A stretch of DNA of 64,000 nt from the human T2T-CHM13v2.0 reference genome, Homo sapiens (GCF_009914755.1 NC_060926.1), one strand, 5' to 3'; counted from the stretch's first letter, positions 47,224 through 62,779 are shown. Made by a program: numbers and translations. Notes: a model not told the origin generated them from the sequence alone.

Positions 47224-47535
47224 GTCACTCTGGAGGTCATAGGCTTTCCGTGCATGAATGATGTCATTCTGGTCGGGCAGGCAGATGCATTCATGCAGAG
47301 GATGTTTATAGTCCACATCGCTGACCAAGGTCTGACACTTCTTGGCCAAAACGATACCAAGCATGTCCACTGGGCTGCTGTACCTTGTCTTGTATTTCTC
47401 AAAATCTTTCTTGTACTCACGGTCACTCTGCACTTTGGCAATGTGGAGGGACCACATTATCTTGGGGTCATCGTGTACTGCTCGGGCGCCAATGTGGTGA
47501 CCCAACTGTTTACGATATGCTTCTTTGTATTTGTA
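47224..47535 (-). CDS. NEB: NEB exon 73 (312 nt)
   Basis: cag/gtaagt boundaries. Confidence 0.95.
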
Positions 47536-47969
47536 CTGAAAGAGAGAATCCAGTAAATAAGAAGGAAGCACAAAGGGCTATTCCCTGTTGTTCTTTCTGT
47601 GGTGGTGCTTTCTATGAAATCTTTAAGGCAACAGAGGAGTTTCACTGGTCATGCTGCTGTAACGCCACATATTGGACTGTTGTGCTCATTGGCACATGTC
47701 CACAGAATAACCCCACAATGGTTCCTTTATATATGCTAGAGAATCATATGTTGGCAAAAAATGATAAAAAGTGAATACTGAAATGAAGAGTCCAATTACA
47801 GTAATAAACCATGATGGTGTCTCAGAAATCCATCATGTGAGTGAGCCTATTTAAGAACACACCTGGGGCGTATGTTTACATGGATCATTAAAATTTTCTA
47901 GCATAGTCTGAGAAGTAATTTCCTCTTCACAATTGATTTGGGAGAAATAGTTTTAAAATGGACAATTTC

Positions 47970-48109
47970 TGTTATTTAATAGGTAGAGAGTTTAAGTTTT
48001 ACAAGATGAAAATTCTGGAAATCTGTTGTACAATAATATGAATATACTGAACCCCACCAAACAGTATACTTGAAAATGGTTAAGATGGTAAATTTTATTA
48101 TATATATAT

Positions 48110-48174
<65 letters not shown>

Positions 48175-48200
48175 ACCAGAATTTAAACATTTAAAAACCT
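47970..48200 (+). mobile_element. L1M 3-prime end fragment with (TA)n expansion at ~48098-48171
   Basis: caagatgaaa-ttctggaaat...aaaatggttaagatggtaaatttta typical L1M 3-prime UTR. Confidence 0.75.
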
Positions 48201-48697
48201 ATAAAAATGAACAATTTTACTACTCTTGGATTAATTTTTAAGATGTCCAGGGATCTGATGTTTTCATTTTTAGGGTAAAGAAATATTGGTTCTGTGCACC
48301 ACATAGAAAGAAGACTTTGTCTTTCCATGTTCATTTTCAAGTGATGGGGCAAACTCAGTTAAGCCTGCTTCTTTTCTGGCATCTTTGCCTTGAGTGTGTT
48401 CCAAGGAAGTTCCTGAGGTTTTGTGAGTAGCTCAGCATACACACATCTAGCTTTAATCGAGGCACTCACTCCTATTGAGCAAAGATCAAAAATAAGGAGT
48501 CAAATGAGCCACATTCCAGTCTAGGCTATGCCTCTGTGATGCTTGTGATCTTGGGCAAGTTATCTGTATCTCAACCCTCAGTATATTTGCCTATGCACTG
48601 AAGGGAGTTAAGGTGGATGATGACCAAAGAGACATCCAGCTGTATTCTGTGTGGCTGGCATGATGGTAAGAAATGTTAGGACTTGATCAGCTCTTAC

Positions 48698-48805
48698 ATC
48701 ACTGGCAATATCCCGAGAGGCCTTGGCAGCCACAATGGGAATGGCATCACTTCTCAAGTCATAGCCTTCTTTCTTGGCTTCTTCCATGGCCTGACGATAG
48801 AGGCT
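48698..48805 (-). CDS. NEB: NEB exon 72 (108 nt, [11 protein letters not shown]...DIASD)
   Basis: cag/gtaaga boundaries. Confidence 0.95.
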
Positions 48806-49674
48806 CTGAGGAAAGAAGGAGTAGCTTTTAAATATAGAATTCACATTCACTCGAAAAGTATATTTTCTGCCAAAGGAAGACCACTTTTGGATGCAAAACT
48901 ACATGAGTATGTTCAGCCTTAAATCAGAAAAAGAACTCTTTCTTTTACTTTCTGTTTATCCTTGGATATTTATTTAAATGAAAATTTCACATTCAGCAAG
49001 TTTTAACATCACAACCTCTCTTTGCACAAATCTTTTACACGTTATACATTAAATGAACACCTCTTAATGTGTTTAGATTGTTCACCATTTGCCCTTTTCA
49101 TGAAACAATCAAGAAATGTTGATTTATTTAACTCCAAATTTGAATTGGGAACATTTTTACTAGCAGAGAACAGTATCATATAATAACATATAATAATACT
49201 ACCACTAGGAGGATGTGTCCATAATCAAATTTAGTGCTGAACTAAAGATGTGTCATTCTTTCTGAATCTCTCTGTTAATGTTGATTTGCTCCCTATTATT
49301 TCATCAACTGCTGCAAGTTGTTCGAGGACATGAGGGTAGCAGGTACCAAAGATTTAGGAGTCAAAACTGCAAAACTTTTTTGACTTCTTCTGTGAATTGA
49401 GAAAGCACCACCACTGTTCAATTTCTGTGGCAGGACAGACATGCACAGAAGACAAAACACAAATGTTCCATGGAAGTGTCATTTGAGAACCACGCATTAA
49501 ACAAATCATATATACCAATGGCTTTTAGCCCTTTTTGTGAACCAGTGATAAAAATTTTGACTGATTCTGTATCCTCTTAACGAAAAATTTTAAGTAATTG
49601 CCAACATCGGTATTCAATAAATCAAAACAAGATAAATATACAGTTTGATAATAATTTTTAAACATAAAAAGTAA

Positions 49675-50066
<392 letters not shown>

Positions 50067-50219
50067 ATGTTTGGTAAAGTTTCGTTTTAATACTTTCAGA
50101 CATGCATCATAGTAACTACTAGGATGAATATGACTATTTCTTTTTCTTTATTTAAAAAATGAAATCTTTATATTATCACACTTAGTCAAATATTTTAATG
50201 TATGTTTTAATATTTTAAA

Positions 50220-50690
50220 ATGTATACTTTCCACCTTTTGCAAAACTTCAAACTTACAGAAAAGTTGCAAGAATGCTACAATGAATACCAACTATCCAAT
50301 TTATTAACATTTTTGCCATATTTGCTTTCTCTAGCTCTCTCTTTATGTGTTTGTGTATTTCTTCATTTTACTTATTATTATTATTTTCAATTGTTGAACT
50401 GATTAAGAGAAAATTGTACACATTATGGCCTTCATCCTTGAATACTTTACCATGTATCTCCTAAGAATAAAGATATTTTTATATAATGACAGTATATGTA
50501 TCAGACTCAGGAAATTTAATATTGATACAGTATTATTGTCTAGTATTATTCTCTTTTACTATCAAATATACGGTGAATATTCAAATTTCATCAAATGTCC
50601 CAATAATTTCCTTTATAGCAATGTTGCTTTTCTATCCAGAATTCAGTTCAAGAGAATGAGTAGCATTTAGTTCTCTAGTTTATTTCTTCA
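50220..50690 (-). mobile_element. L1MC-type 3-prime fragment
   Basis: ttcaaacttacagaaaagttgcaagaat...tcaggaaatttaatattgataca...tgtcccaataat. Confidence 0.65.
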
Positions 50691-51931
50691 CCTTTAAACC
50701 ATGCCTTTTTTGTTTTAACATGAGAGAAGAGTGATTATGAAAGAAGTGGGATGCCACTCAAGCTGTAGGGGCATTCTTGGGCAGATAATTTAGAAGAGTG
50801 TATGTATGGAAGTTGAAGCTATGTTAACTGATTTACTTAAAACGATCCATGCCAGTTTACCCCTTGGAAAGCCTTTGTGTAACCTCAAGGATGGTAGGTA
50901 GCTGAGGTTTGAAAGCAGCTCATCTATATCCAAATACAGCCTTTAGATCAATCTATGATTGAACAATTTAATCTTTAATTTCACTTTCCCCCTTTCCTCT
51001 TTTAAGAGGTTTATTGAGTTAGATAAAGCAGACACAGTACCAGTAGATAGTTCTGGAAAAGAATTTAGAAATAATGCATGGCTTTAAGGGAAAAACTACA
51101 AAGATTTACAGTTCTATAAAGCTTTATCATCCCTCTACTTTATACTGTTCAGTGTACTTTTCATTGCTGAGCCTGTGTAAAGACAAAATCTTAAACATAA
51201 GGAAAATCCCTAAAAAGTGTGATACAAATAATTAAACTTCATTTTTATACTCCATTCTCAAATTAGATTGAATTAAGGATACCGGACTAGTATCTGGATT
51301 TTAAATATGCTACAGATGCATTTAATATTTTTTAATATTTTTAATGACTTAAGACTCTTACAGGGTCACTATTATGTTTATAAAGTGGATTATTAAGATG
51401 TGTCAGTTTATAGTCTTTTCAAGATGAGATTTTATAAGAAAAAGCTAAAGTAAAAATAAGAATCAATTTAATATCTTTGAGATAAATTCCAGAGGGAATC
51501 TGTTTTTCTTCAAAATTTCTAGGAATGTTTCTTTTGAAACTGGAAGGTCAAATACTTTATTTATTACATTTTTTCTTTAGGAATAAATGTTCATATTTTA
51601 AAAATGGTATAAGTGGGAAAAAATGTGCTTCAATCATCTCATGGCTTCAGGCCAAAAAAATAGAGTTCTTTAATTCTTTCAGCATTTAAAAAAGATGCAG
51701 TGCTTCAAAGGAGAGAACACTTTTAGCTATCATCAGGGATGTATTTTAAAGCTTGTTACTTAAGAAAACTAAAATAAGTAAATGAGAATTTAAGAGGAAA
51801 AAAACAGATGTGTTTGTTTTGTTTTACATTTATGCAATGAAGGAACCACGGGCAATGGGTTGAGAAGAAATTCTAGTGGGCCATTCTGAAATGTGATCTT
51901 AGATTCCTCAGAGAATCAACATCATTATGCA

Positions 51932-52030
51932 ATTTTATTTTTATTTATTTGTATGTATTCATGGGGGATGAGTGCAATTTTGCTACATTAATATATTGCA
52001 CTGTGGTGAAGTCAAAGCCTTCAATGCATG
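51932..52030 (-). mobile_element. Short L1 (L1PB/L1MA-like) 3-prime end insertion
   Basis: T-rich tail, gtgcaattttgctacat...gtggtgaagtc; TSD atgcaatttt. Confidence 0.6.
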
Positions 52031-53312
52031 ATCATGCAATTTTAAAGAAAGTAAATCCAGCTGAAAATTTTAGAATTAAAAAATAGCCCAATATCCTTGC
52101 AGCAGTCTGAAAAAAAAATCTACTTCAGTTCCCCTAATGTAAACAAATGAGAGAGGATTAAGAGCTTCATTATAATCTGGAATAGAAACTAACTTCATCT
52201 GCCTTGGATAAAATAAACCTCCTGGGAGAAGATAATCCAACTGAGAAGCTCTGTGGCCAAGAGAAAATGGCCCATTCAAAAGTGACTGAAGCCAAGGCCA
52301 ATCAAATATCTATAATCAGGCTTGTCCTTTGGTCTGTTTTATAATGCTGGAGAAAGTGAAATCATACCCTCTCCATTTTTTAAGGCTACATTATTATAGG
52401 CAAAAGTAATTATTATGGGTAAAGTAATAAATTTGGTCATCTTAAAAATTAGTACTTAAATTTTTCAGTGCTCTCAAACTGAAGACAACTCTGCCTTCCT
52501 TTTTCTCTAAAAAAAAATGAAGACACATAGACATGTTTAAAAAATTAGTATCCTTCTTGAATCAACCATATACATTTTTGACTTTGGCAAGAACAATTGA
52601 GCAAGACGCTATTTATGCAGCAGTATTTCTGGACTGCAAAGATATGCAATGACAAGTTTAGCAAGGCTGAAGATAGTTCATAAAAGAATGTATTTTATTG
52701 TTCTCAGGCAATTTGAAATGGGTGAATTTAAGAATTCTCATTTCAGTTCTTGTAAATAAAGCTCAAGTTATTTTGAGCACATTAAATACATCTAATTTTC
52801 ATGGTGACTTGAGCATAAAGGAGAGACATTAAAGTTTATTAAACAAATACTTTGCACCAGGCTTCACACTGGGCATGTTAAATATTTTACCTCATTTAGT
52901 CATTCTTTAAAAATTCTTTAAGGTAAGCATTTTAATCCTATTTTACAGATGAGGTAATTGAAGAAAATAAACTTGCTGCACAAATTTTGAAGCAAGTACT
53001 AATTTGATGAATAGCAAGAATTATTTTTAATGAAAATTATGTTTTAGTCATTAATAGTTGACTTGAGATATTTTTTCCCTCCTGAAATGAAGATATTTTT
53101 GTGTCTGTCTATCTATCTGTCTGTCTAATCTATCTACCTTTCTATCTGCCTATTTTTTAATACAATAATATGTATATTCAAGGTAGGGTAAATGGCATAA
53201 AAAGCCAACTAAGCTAACTGGCTTACATGAGGATTAATTTCGTAATTCTCACATTCCTACATCGGCAACAATCAATGTGGCCAGACCAAAGAAATAAAAC
53301 AAATGATCTTAC

Positions 53313-53417
53313 CTCACTATAATTTATTTTATTTTGTCTTGCCAACATGATTTCAGGTGTATCAGGCATAATATGGACTTGGGTCTTGTCTTTGTCCCAG
53401 GCTTCTGTGTATAAGCG
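53313..53417 (-). CDS. NEB: NEB exon 71 (105 nt, [15 protein letters not shown]...INYSE)
   Basis: cag/gtaaga boundaries. Confidence 0.95.
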
Positions 53418-53889
53418 CTGTGAAGGATAAAAAGGTTAATGAATTAGAAAAACAGTTTGTTGTAAACAGGAGTTTTCAATTAAGACACCATGACAAAGTT
53501 GAGAGCCAGCTTTCTTGCTGTCTGTTCCATGTATGTTAATATTCTTTTCAACCTCTTTGATTTTACAAGACATTTATTGTAACAAAATATAAATGTATAC
53601 TAAGATATGAAAAGAAAAATATATATATACATATAATCAAACACACACACACATATACACACCCACGTGTGTGTGTTTGGTAACCAGGTCACTCTCACCC
53701 CAATTAAATAAAAAGCAAGTATTTCCCAAGCATATATTCACATCCATATCTGTAGTATGACTATATTAACAAATCCTTCCCATGATTTTATTTGTTTGAT
53801 GCTGTTTGTTGTTAGTTTATTAGCTGCAAATGTACCTGTATGTGCTATCTCTAGATTTCTTTTTGATAAATGTTATGAAGATTTGCATC

Positions 53890-54193
53890 TTTCTTTTTTT
53901 TTTTTTTTATGAGACAGAGTTTCACTCTCTTGCCCAGGCTGGAATGTAGTGGTACAGTCACAGCTCACTGCAGCCTCAACCTCTCCAGGCTCAGGTGATC
54001 CTCCCACCTCAGCCTCCCAAGTACCTAAGACTAGAGGTGCGTGTCACCACACCCGGCTAACTTTTGTATTTTTTGTAGAGACAGGGTTTCAACATGCTGC
54101 CCAGGCTAATCTCAAACTGCTGAGCTCAAGTGATCTGCCCACCTCAGCCTCCCAAAAGTGTTGAGATTACAGGTGTGAGACACCATGCCCGGC
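53890..54193 (-). mobile_element. AluJ-like
   Basis: Reverse Alu; TSD ttgcatctttctt. Confidence 0.9.
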
Positions 54194-54270
54194 TTGCATC
54201 TTTCTTGTTTGCTCTGTGCTTACCTAAATAAGTACTCAGCAAGAAAGAAACCATACCAAATCATATATAA

Positions 54271-54566
<296 letters not shown>

Positions 54567-54780
54567 AGCTGTGCCATTCTTAACTCTGGCTATTTCACAA
54601 GAGATGTCAAAGCAGAAATGCTCCCATATATTGTTATCTAACAGAATAGAGAATTCAACTGAATCACTATACATTGGATAGCAATTTAATTGGATTTAAA
54701 AAAGAGACTAACTTAATTAACAATAGGTATCTTGAATGACATATAGCCCTGTCTTATTTTCCTACAAATTGGGGGCTCAC

Positions 54781-54984
54781 CTTGTTCATATTGAGAGCAT
54801 TGTTCTTGGCCAGCACCTGCTCTAGAGAGTCAGTCACACTGGTAAATTTCAGCTTGTCCGGAGGCTGGCGGTAGATGTTATCACTCAGTATTTCAGCAGC
54901 TCTCTTGCACTTGACCACATCCATAGACCCAATGGGGACCCAGCCAATGCCTCTCAGCCACTGGAGATCAGATTTGTAAATGTT
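54781..54984 (-). CDS. NEB: NEB exon 70 (204 nt, [15 protein letters not shown]...LNMNK)
   Basis: cag/gtgagc boundaries. Confidence 0.95.
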
Positions 54985-55301
54985 CTGGAGAGATTAAACA
55001 CAAAAGCGAGTATTACTGAAGTTGTTTTAACATGATTTCAAAAATAAAAAAATAACACTAGAAAGCTTGGATAGTCAAATTTCATGTATACGTTCTTCAA
55101 TATATGAAGGCCAAATTGAATACAGTCTCAGGTATTACTTTCTTTCTCTCCAAAAAAAGTAAGGGGAAGAGTTGCCTAAAAAATGAGCAGAGAGAAGAAA
55201 TGTCATCCCTTCTGAAGGTTCTACCTAATGCTAGACCACTGTCTCAGTATTTCTATGAATTACTATTATGAGCACAGTTACCATGGATCTTAATTACTCA
55301 C

Positions 55302-55613
55302 ATCGCTCTGGAGGTCATAGGCCTGCCGAGCATGGATGACATCATTCTGGTCGGGCAGGCACGTCCACTCGTGCAGGTAGTTCTTGTAGTCCACATCGCT
55401 GACTAAGGTCTGGCACTTCTTGGCTAACACCACTCCCAGCATGTCCACTGGGCTGCTGAACTTGGTCTTCCACTTCTCAAAGTCCTTCTTATACTCCCTG
55501 TCACTCTGGATCTTGGCCACATGCATGGACCACATCATCTTGGGGTCATCTTCAATGTTCCGGGCTCCAATGTGGTGGCCGAGCTGCTTGCGGTAACCAT
55601 CTTTGTATTTGTA
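55302..55613 (-). CDS. NEB: NEB exon 69 (312 nt)
   Basis: cag/gtgagt boundaries. Confidence 0.95.
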
Positions 55614-56337
55614 CTGAAATAAAGGTGGTCATTTCAAAAATAAAAATGAATAGAAAGGCTTAGAAGCCTCATTAATTTAAAACTTTATTATTTTAAAATT
55701 GCTAATTCTTGCAGAGTAATGAAAGAATCTGCATATCAGTTTATCTCCTCATCCTAAATTCTTATTAGACTCTACAGCACTAATCTAATGGGCAGTAGTC
55801 TAATGCGAAGTCTCATAAATAGTCTAACAGCAACAGTCTAATGGGAATAGTCCAGTGGGAAGACAGGCCAAACTACATGGTCCTATGGCTTGTAGACGTT
55901 AAGTTTCTGAAAATAAAGGAAGCAACACTTTCCGGAAGATCTTTCGGTACTGTGTACTGCCATTTCTTCATCTTGGGCCCATGAAATCACTAACCCAGAA
56001 ATTTTACATATGATTTTGAGACTGCTATTCCTGAGTCCACAGATACCATTTTATCCCTCCATCCAACACACCCACACTCCTTCCCAAATCCAGCTCTGCT
56101 GGGGCACTTGACTCCCTGAAGTGGTCTGGATTATATTCCCATACTACAAGCCCTGCTCTGTTGGAGATCAAATTTGACTGAGGTTTGTTTGGGATTCCTC
56201 AAGTGAAAAATGGAATATGTATCTACAAAAAAGCATTTTGTTGTTGGTGGTGGTAAGGGCAAACTGGATATTTTCTCCCTATTTCAGACAACACACCACA
56301 CCAATCCCAACAAATATTTACAGAAGTCCGAATTTTC

Positions 56338-56759
<422 letters not shown>

Positions 56760-57314
56760 TTAGGTTCACCATTTTCTTGTTTTCCTCGTCTTTGTCTTTC
56801 TGTTTTCATTTTAAAAGAACTCAAAAGGAAGGATTTAAGATAATTTTCCAAAAAAAAATGAGTTGGCAAAAACACAGAGCAGATTTGGGGAAAGGTGGAT
56901 TTTCCTAGACTTGGTTCTATCAGCTCTTCTTCTGATATTGAACCAATACATGTAACTAAGTTATTTTTTAACACCTCTTTTGCCATTTTCTATTTTCTGT
57001 GAGGCTCTATGCTCAGAATATGGAGATGAATTTCTCATAATTGTAGATATGAAAAATTATAGAATCACATCCAATTTTATACTGCATTGAAGTATACTGG
57101 TTTAGGTTACCCCCTTCCTACCTGGGACATAGATACTGAAGTCTTCCGAAGCTTAAAACATGAGTTTTTTCAAATGAAAAACTTTGAATTTGAATTTGAT
57201 TTAGAAAAACAAGCCAATAAATGTGCTTAAACTGGCCCCCAAATGTTATAATAGTAATAATCCTGCCTCCCCACTTCATCCATCCATGTAAATATCTAGG
57301 GTGTTGCTACTCAC

Positions 57315-57422
57315 ATCACTGATAACGTCCCTGGAGGCCTTGGCAGCCACGATGGGGATGGCGTCACTTCGCAAGTCGTAGCCTTTCTTTTTTGCTTCTT
57401 CATTGGCAAGTTTGTATAGAGT
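57315..57422 (-). CDS. NEB: NEB exon 68 (108 nt, [11 protein letters not shown]...DVISD)
   Basis: tag/gtgagt boundaries. Confidence 0.95.
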
Positions 57423-58490
57423 CTATGAAAAGAAAGGCAAAGAGTTAAAGCAAAAGGTTTGACATCAACAATTCAGAGATTATTAAGTGACTTATATCCT
57501 AAAATTTAAAAAAGGATAGGAACTGGAGACAATTCAAGTTTCTGGCAATAGTGGAAAGCAAATAAATTATATTCTACCAAAAATACTATATAGCGTTAGA
57601 AATAAATGGGATATATCAATGAACATTAATATATAGTGATATATTAACCTATTATATATCATTATAGATTAATATGCTATACATAGATCAATATGATGTA
57701 CATATCAGCATAGATCAATACAATCTAGTAATACAGATTGATGAGCAAAGCAGCAATCCAAACATACCACTAAGTGAAAAAAAATGGTAGAACAATGTTT
57801 AATATCTATCTATACGTATAAAAATATATTTTTATTCATTTTTATTACCTACAATTTGTATGACAATCATATTTTATAATGTTTAAAAGACAAATAAGAA
57901 AAATTAAAATATAACAAAATATAGTTAACAACCATAATCACAACTTTCTAAATTTTGGTTGTATCATATTAATAAACCACGTGTCTATAAAATTGCATTT
58001 TACTTTTAAAAAAGTCAGTAATCAATGTTGTTGATAGAGAACACTTCTTCCTTATGCCTAAGGTTTTCTTTCTATAGACAAAGCTCAGTTATTTTAACTG
58101 AGGCCTTTTCTGCCCCTTTACTCTCTCTGCCCTGGAAAGGTGCAGTGATTTACTGATGTATCTAATTGGTAGGGATGGAATTAGTGGGCATGAATATTTT
58201 GGCAGAAATAATGGGCCAGTATTTTATCTGACAATCCTCTGAAGTGTCTAAAATACTACTCAGTCCCACTGACTCACTGGAAATCACCACGAACAGAAAA
58301 GACATTGTGACTTCAGTTTGCCAGTGGAATCCCATAAAATGTAATATTTAACCCAGAGATGAAAGGTTGGATGAGTGGAGTGTTAAATGAAAGAGCCACA
58401 TGCACCATGACAGCTGAGGCCCAAGAATCTCCACAAAACTAAGTATAGACACCACCACCACAATATAGCACCACAGATTTTTGCTCCTAC

Positions 58491-58595
58491 CTCACTGTAG
58501 TTGATTTTGTTCTGCCTTGCCAACATAATCTCTGGTGTATCAGGCATTATGTGAATTTGAGTCTTGTCTTTGTCCCAGGCCTCTGTGTATAAACG
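58491..58595 (-). CDS. NEB: NEB exon 67 (105 nt, [15 protein letters not shown]...INYSE)
   Basis: tag/gtagga boundaries. Confidence 0.95.
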
Positions 58596-58918
58596 CTATA
58601 AAAGAAGATAAGATGCTGATTAAAAATCATTTGAAATAGAAATGACAAAAAGTTCATTTAAAACTGTTATTACTGACCTAATTAGGAAAAATAAGCCAGA
58701 CTTGAATATAAAGTATTCTACTGGAAGTGTGAGTCTTATTACTAGTTATCAAGATTGAAACTTGGAATAATCAAAATTATTTAGAGGATTTCAAGCATGT
58801 AATTTAAAAGGTAAAAATGCGACCCCACGCCTTCATAGATAATTTAGACTCCATTAGTCATTAAAGTATAATAACATCTTCTGGCATCTTGGAGAAGCTT
58901 AAGGCAGCTAGGACTCAC

Positions 58919-59122
58919 CTTATTCATGTTGAGAGCATTGTTCTTGGCCAGCACCTGCTCTAGAGAATCAGTCACACTGGTAAATTTCAGCTTGTCCGGA
59001 GGCTGGCGGTAGATGTTATCACTCAGTATTTCGGTAGCTCTCTTGCACTTGACCACATCCATAGACCCAATGGGGACCCAGCCAATGCCTCTCAGCCACT
59101 GGAGATCTGACTTGTAAATATT
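58919..59122 (-). CDS. NEB: NEB exon 66 (204 nt; part of the alternatively spliced 63-66 block)
   Basis: cag/gtgagt boundaries; alternative splicing from established knowledge. Confidence 0.95.
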
Positions 59123-60169
59123 CTGAGCAGAGGAAAAAAGTCAAAAACTCTTCATCAAGACCACAATATTTAGGGTAAATATGCAAATAGAATCAGTAAT
59201 AAAGTGCAATTCTGTTTTCTATTCGTAGAAAACAAGCGCGTTGTATAAGGCAAACTAAAAGAATTATGCTCAAAAATGACCCAGAAATATCTCCTAGCCA
59301 TAATAAAAAGTTATCAAACATTTCAGGTTATTAGGAGAGGAGTGATCCCAAGTAATATCTTCTGTCAGTTGGTTCAGTGAACATTATCATAATTATAACA
59401 TCCCTATGCAGGGAAGAATACCAACCCAGAGAGACAGAAACCACACCCGTGCCCAACATCAGGCCCTTAGTGAATCAATTTTAGGCCGAGGCAAATGGAA
59501 CACTCTGAAGCCATTAAAAGCTTCACTGTTGAAGAATATTTATGACATGTAGAAATGTCATTAATACAATATGAAATTTTAAAGTAGCACATAAAACAAT
59601 GTGGGTAGATAAATTACATGAATAAGAGTGGGTTTTTCTAGTGGTTGGATTGTTTTGGATTCTTATTCCCTGCGATGTATTCTTCTATACATTTCAAAAT
59701 ATCTGTAATGCCTTTAAAAACACAGTTAAAATATAACAGTGCTGTAGAACCCCTGAAGCCCTGAGATCTTCAACAGCTGTAACTCTGTCCAAGATTCAGG
59801 GCAATAAAATTTAATTATTTATTAAATGGACAATTTCATTGTGCAGGGCCCCAGTCTCTTCCTCACCAAGTCCTCAGGATGGAAGCACAGACACCTATAT
59901 AAAATCATATTGCCATATTTTTCTCACTTTATTAAAAAATTTTTTTTTGCTGAAGGTTTTTATATACCCATTAGATATTCATAACTGCTTCACAATCATA
60001 GTTTTGAATCTTTGTTTGGCTCATTGGAAAGATTTCACCTGTCACAGAAACTAAGTAGAAAATAAAAAAACTTGTATTTTGTAGTCTAGACAAAAAAAAA
60101 AAAACTATTAGAATTAGCCTGTGCTGACTAGTTATTGCCCCACAAATAACAATAGCAAGAATGAAAACA

Positions 60170-60472
60170 GGACAGGTGTTGGGGTCCACGCCTGTAATTC
60201 CAGCACTTTGGGATGCTGAGGGGGGCAGATCACCTGAGGTCAGGAGTTGGAGACCAGCCTGGCCAATATGGCGAAACCCCATCTCCACTAAAAATACAAA
60301 AAATTAGTGGGGCAGGGAGGCAGCAGCCTGTAATTCCAGCTGCAGGGAGGCTGAAGCATGAGAATCACTTGAACCCGGGAGGCGAAGGTTGCAGTAATCC
60401 GAGATCGCGCCACTGCACTCCAGCCTGGGCGACAGAGGGAGACTCTGTCTCAGAAAAAAAAAAAAAAAAAAA
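60170..60472 (+). mobile_element. Alu (AluS-like)
   Basis: Full Alu; TSD aagaatgaaaaca. Confidence 0.92.
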
Positions 60473-61429
60473 GAATGAAAACAATAACAGTTTATACCTC
60501 CAGAATGCTTTTTAACTTTCAAATACTTCCCACATTATGAAGGTCATATCGCAGGGTGAGGAAGGTAATCCAGAGAAGGTGCCCAACAAATAGACAGATG
60601 GTAAGCAATCTGTCAATATTGTCGTTGTATGGGTGACATCAACCCTTTTAAACTATCTTTTCTGTGCAGGCAAAGCCTTTCTTTTTGGAAAGAATTGCAA
60701 AACACAGGGTTCTGTATGTCAGAAGCTACAGAACAGACGTGGGAGTTTTCTCAGGTAGGCTGTAAGTTTTTAGGAACAACCAATTAATGTATAATTATTA
60801 CAAATTAGTTTTAGTCTCCAAAACTTGCTAGTGCTTTAATTCCTTCAAAGTTTATAAAATACCTAGTGCAGGAAATGTGCCTCTCATATCCAGATTTGAG
60901 ATAGTGTATCTGCTTCCAATAGGTAGTAGGCTCTGTCATTACCATGTGGCTCCTCCATAGACAGCCAGGCTAAGAGGAAGTGTCTGTGAAACAGTCCAGT
61001 AGTGTACAGACACAGAGACTTCTTTTATTTCATAAGCATAATATTTAGTGTTGCAGTAGGCATTAGAATTCAATAATTCTTTGGTTTGCAAAGAAGCCAA
61101 AAACAAATTCCACAGTAATTTCTTTTTAAAGTAAAAACGTTTCTTCCTTCCTTAAAAAAAGAATAAATGTCTCCCTCTAGTGGACCCTGAATTCTAATGT
61201 TACTTAATTCCCATTTTGTTTTTATAAGACCAAGTCCACTTTGTTAATTTTACTTTCTTATGAAGTCTATTAGTGTATTCATAATAAAGCAATAAAATTG
61301 TATTCTGATTTAAATCTTATTCATGGACCAATCAATCTTAACTTGAGTAATGGATTGTATATAAAGGATAATTTTCACATAGTTTAAATTATTTCTATGC
61401 ACAGCTCCATTTATAGATGCTGTACTCAC

Positions 61430-61741
61430 GTCACTCTGGAGGTCATAGGCCTGCCGAGCATGGATGACATCGCTCTGGTCGGGCAGGCATGTCCACTCGT
61501 GCAGGTAGTTCTTATAGTCCACGTCACTGACTAAGGTCTGGCACTTCTTGGCCAGCACCACCCCCAGCATGTCCACTGGGCTGCTGAACTTGGTCTTCCA
61601 CTTCTCAAAGTCCTTTTTGTACTCCCTGTCACTCTGGATCTTGGCTACGTGCATGGACCACATCATCTTGGGGTCATCTTCAATGTTCCGGGCTCCAATA
61701 TGGTGGCCAAGTTGCTTGCGGTAACCATCTTTATATTTGTA
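61430..61741 (-). CDS. NEB: NEB exon 65 (312 nt; part of the alternatively spliced 63-66 block)
   Basis: tag/gtgagt boundaries. Confidence 0.95.
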
Positions 61742-61966
61742 CTAAAATGAAAATGCACAAATCAGGTTTTTATTGTAACCCCTTAGAGGCCACAAGTCTG
61801 TGCAAAATCAACTTGCTTACATCATACTTCAACTGACTTTTGTTAACAAGTACTAACTCAAGCCAGTATCCTGGCTTTCATCCTGGAAGCCCTTACAGAG
61901 GTAGAAAAATAGATGGAATTCATGTAATTGTAGTATATACCCCAAATCACCTACAGCCTGGTACTA

Positions 61967-62474
<508 letters not shown>

Positions 62475-62779
62475 TCACCTGTAGTAGCAACCGAGGAGAA
62501 TTTATTATTATTATTATTATTTTACTAGATTCATGCATTCAATGGCAGTGGCAAGCTTTTGGCATCATTTTGAAAACTGATTGTACTTGTAAAACTGACA
62601 TAGCAACCCAACTGGTTAGATTATGCTCTTAATAAGGTCATGGGTTCTAGCCTCACATGTATCAACAATGTTTTTATTATTCATGTCCAATGACTTCATT
62701 CTGGAATCTAAGCCAGTTATCCAAAATACATGCTTCTAGTCTCAAAGACAACTGACCGAGAAAGTGTAGGTGAGTCAGC

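Noticed and set aside
48098-48171. Long (TA)n able to form a cruciform
   Set aside because: Ordinary microsatellite in an L1 tail with no associated rearrangement here
57600-57740. Repeated atagatcaata motif
   Set aside because: AT-rich slippage inside a probable old L1 fragment; no regular spacers, not CRISPR-like
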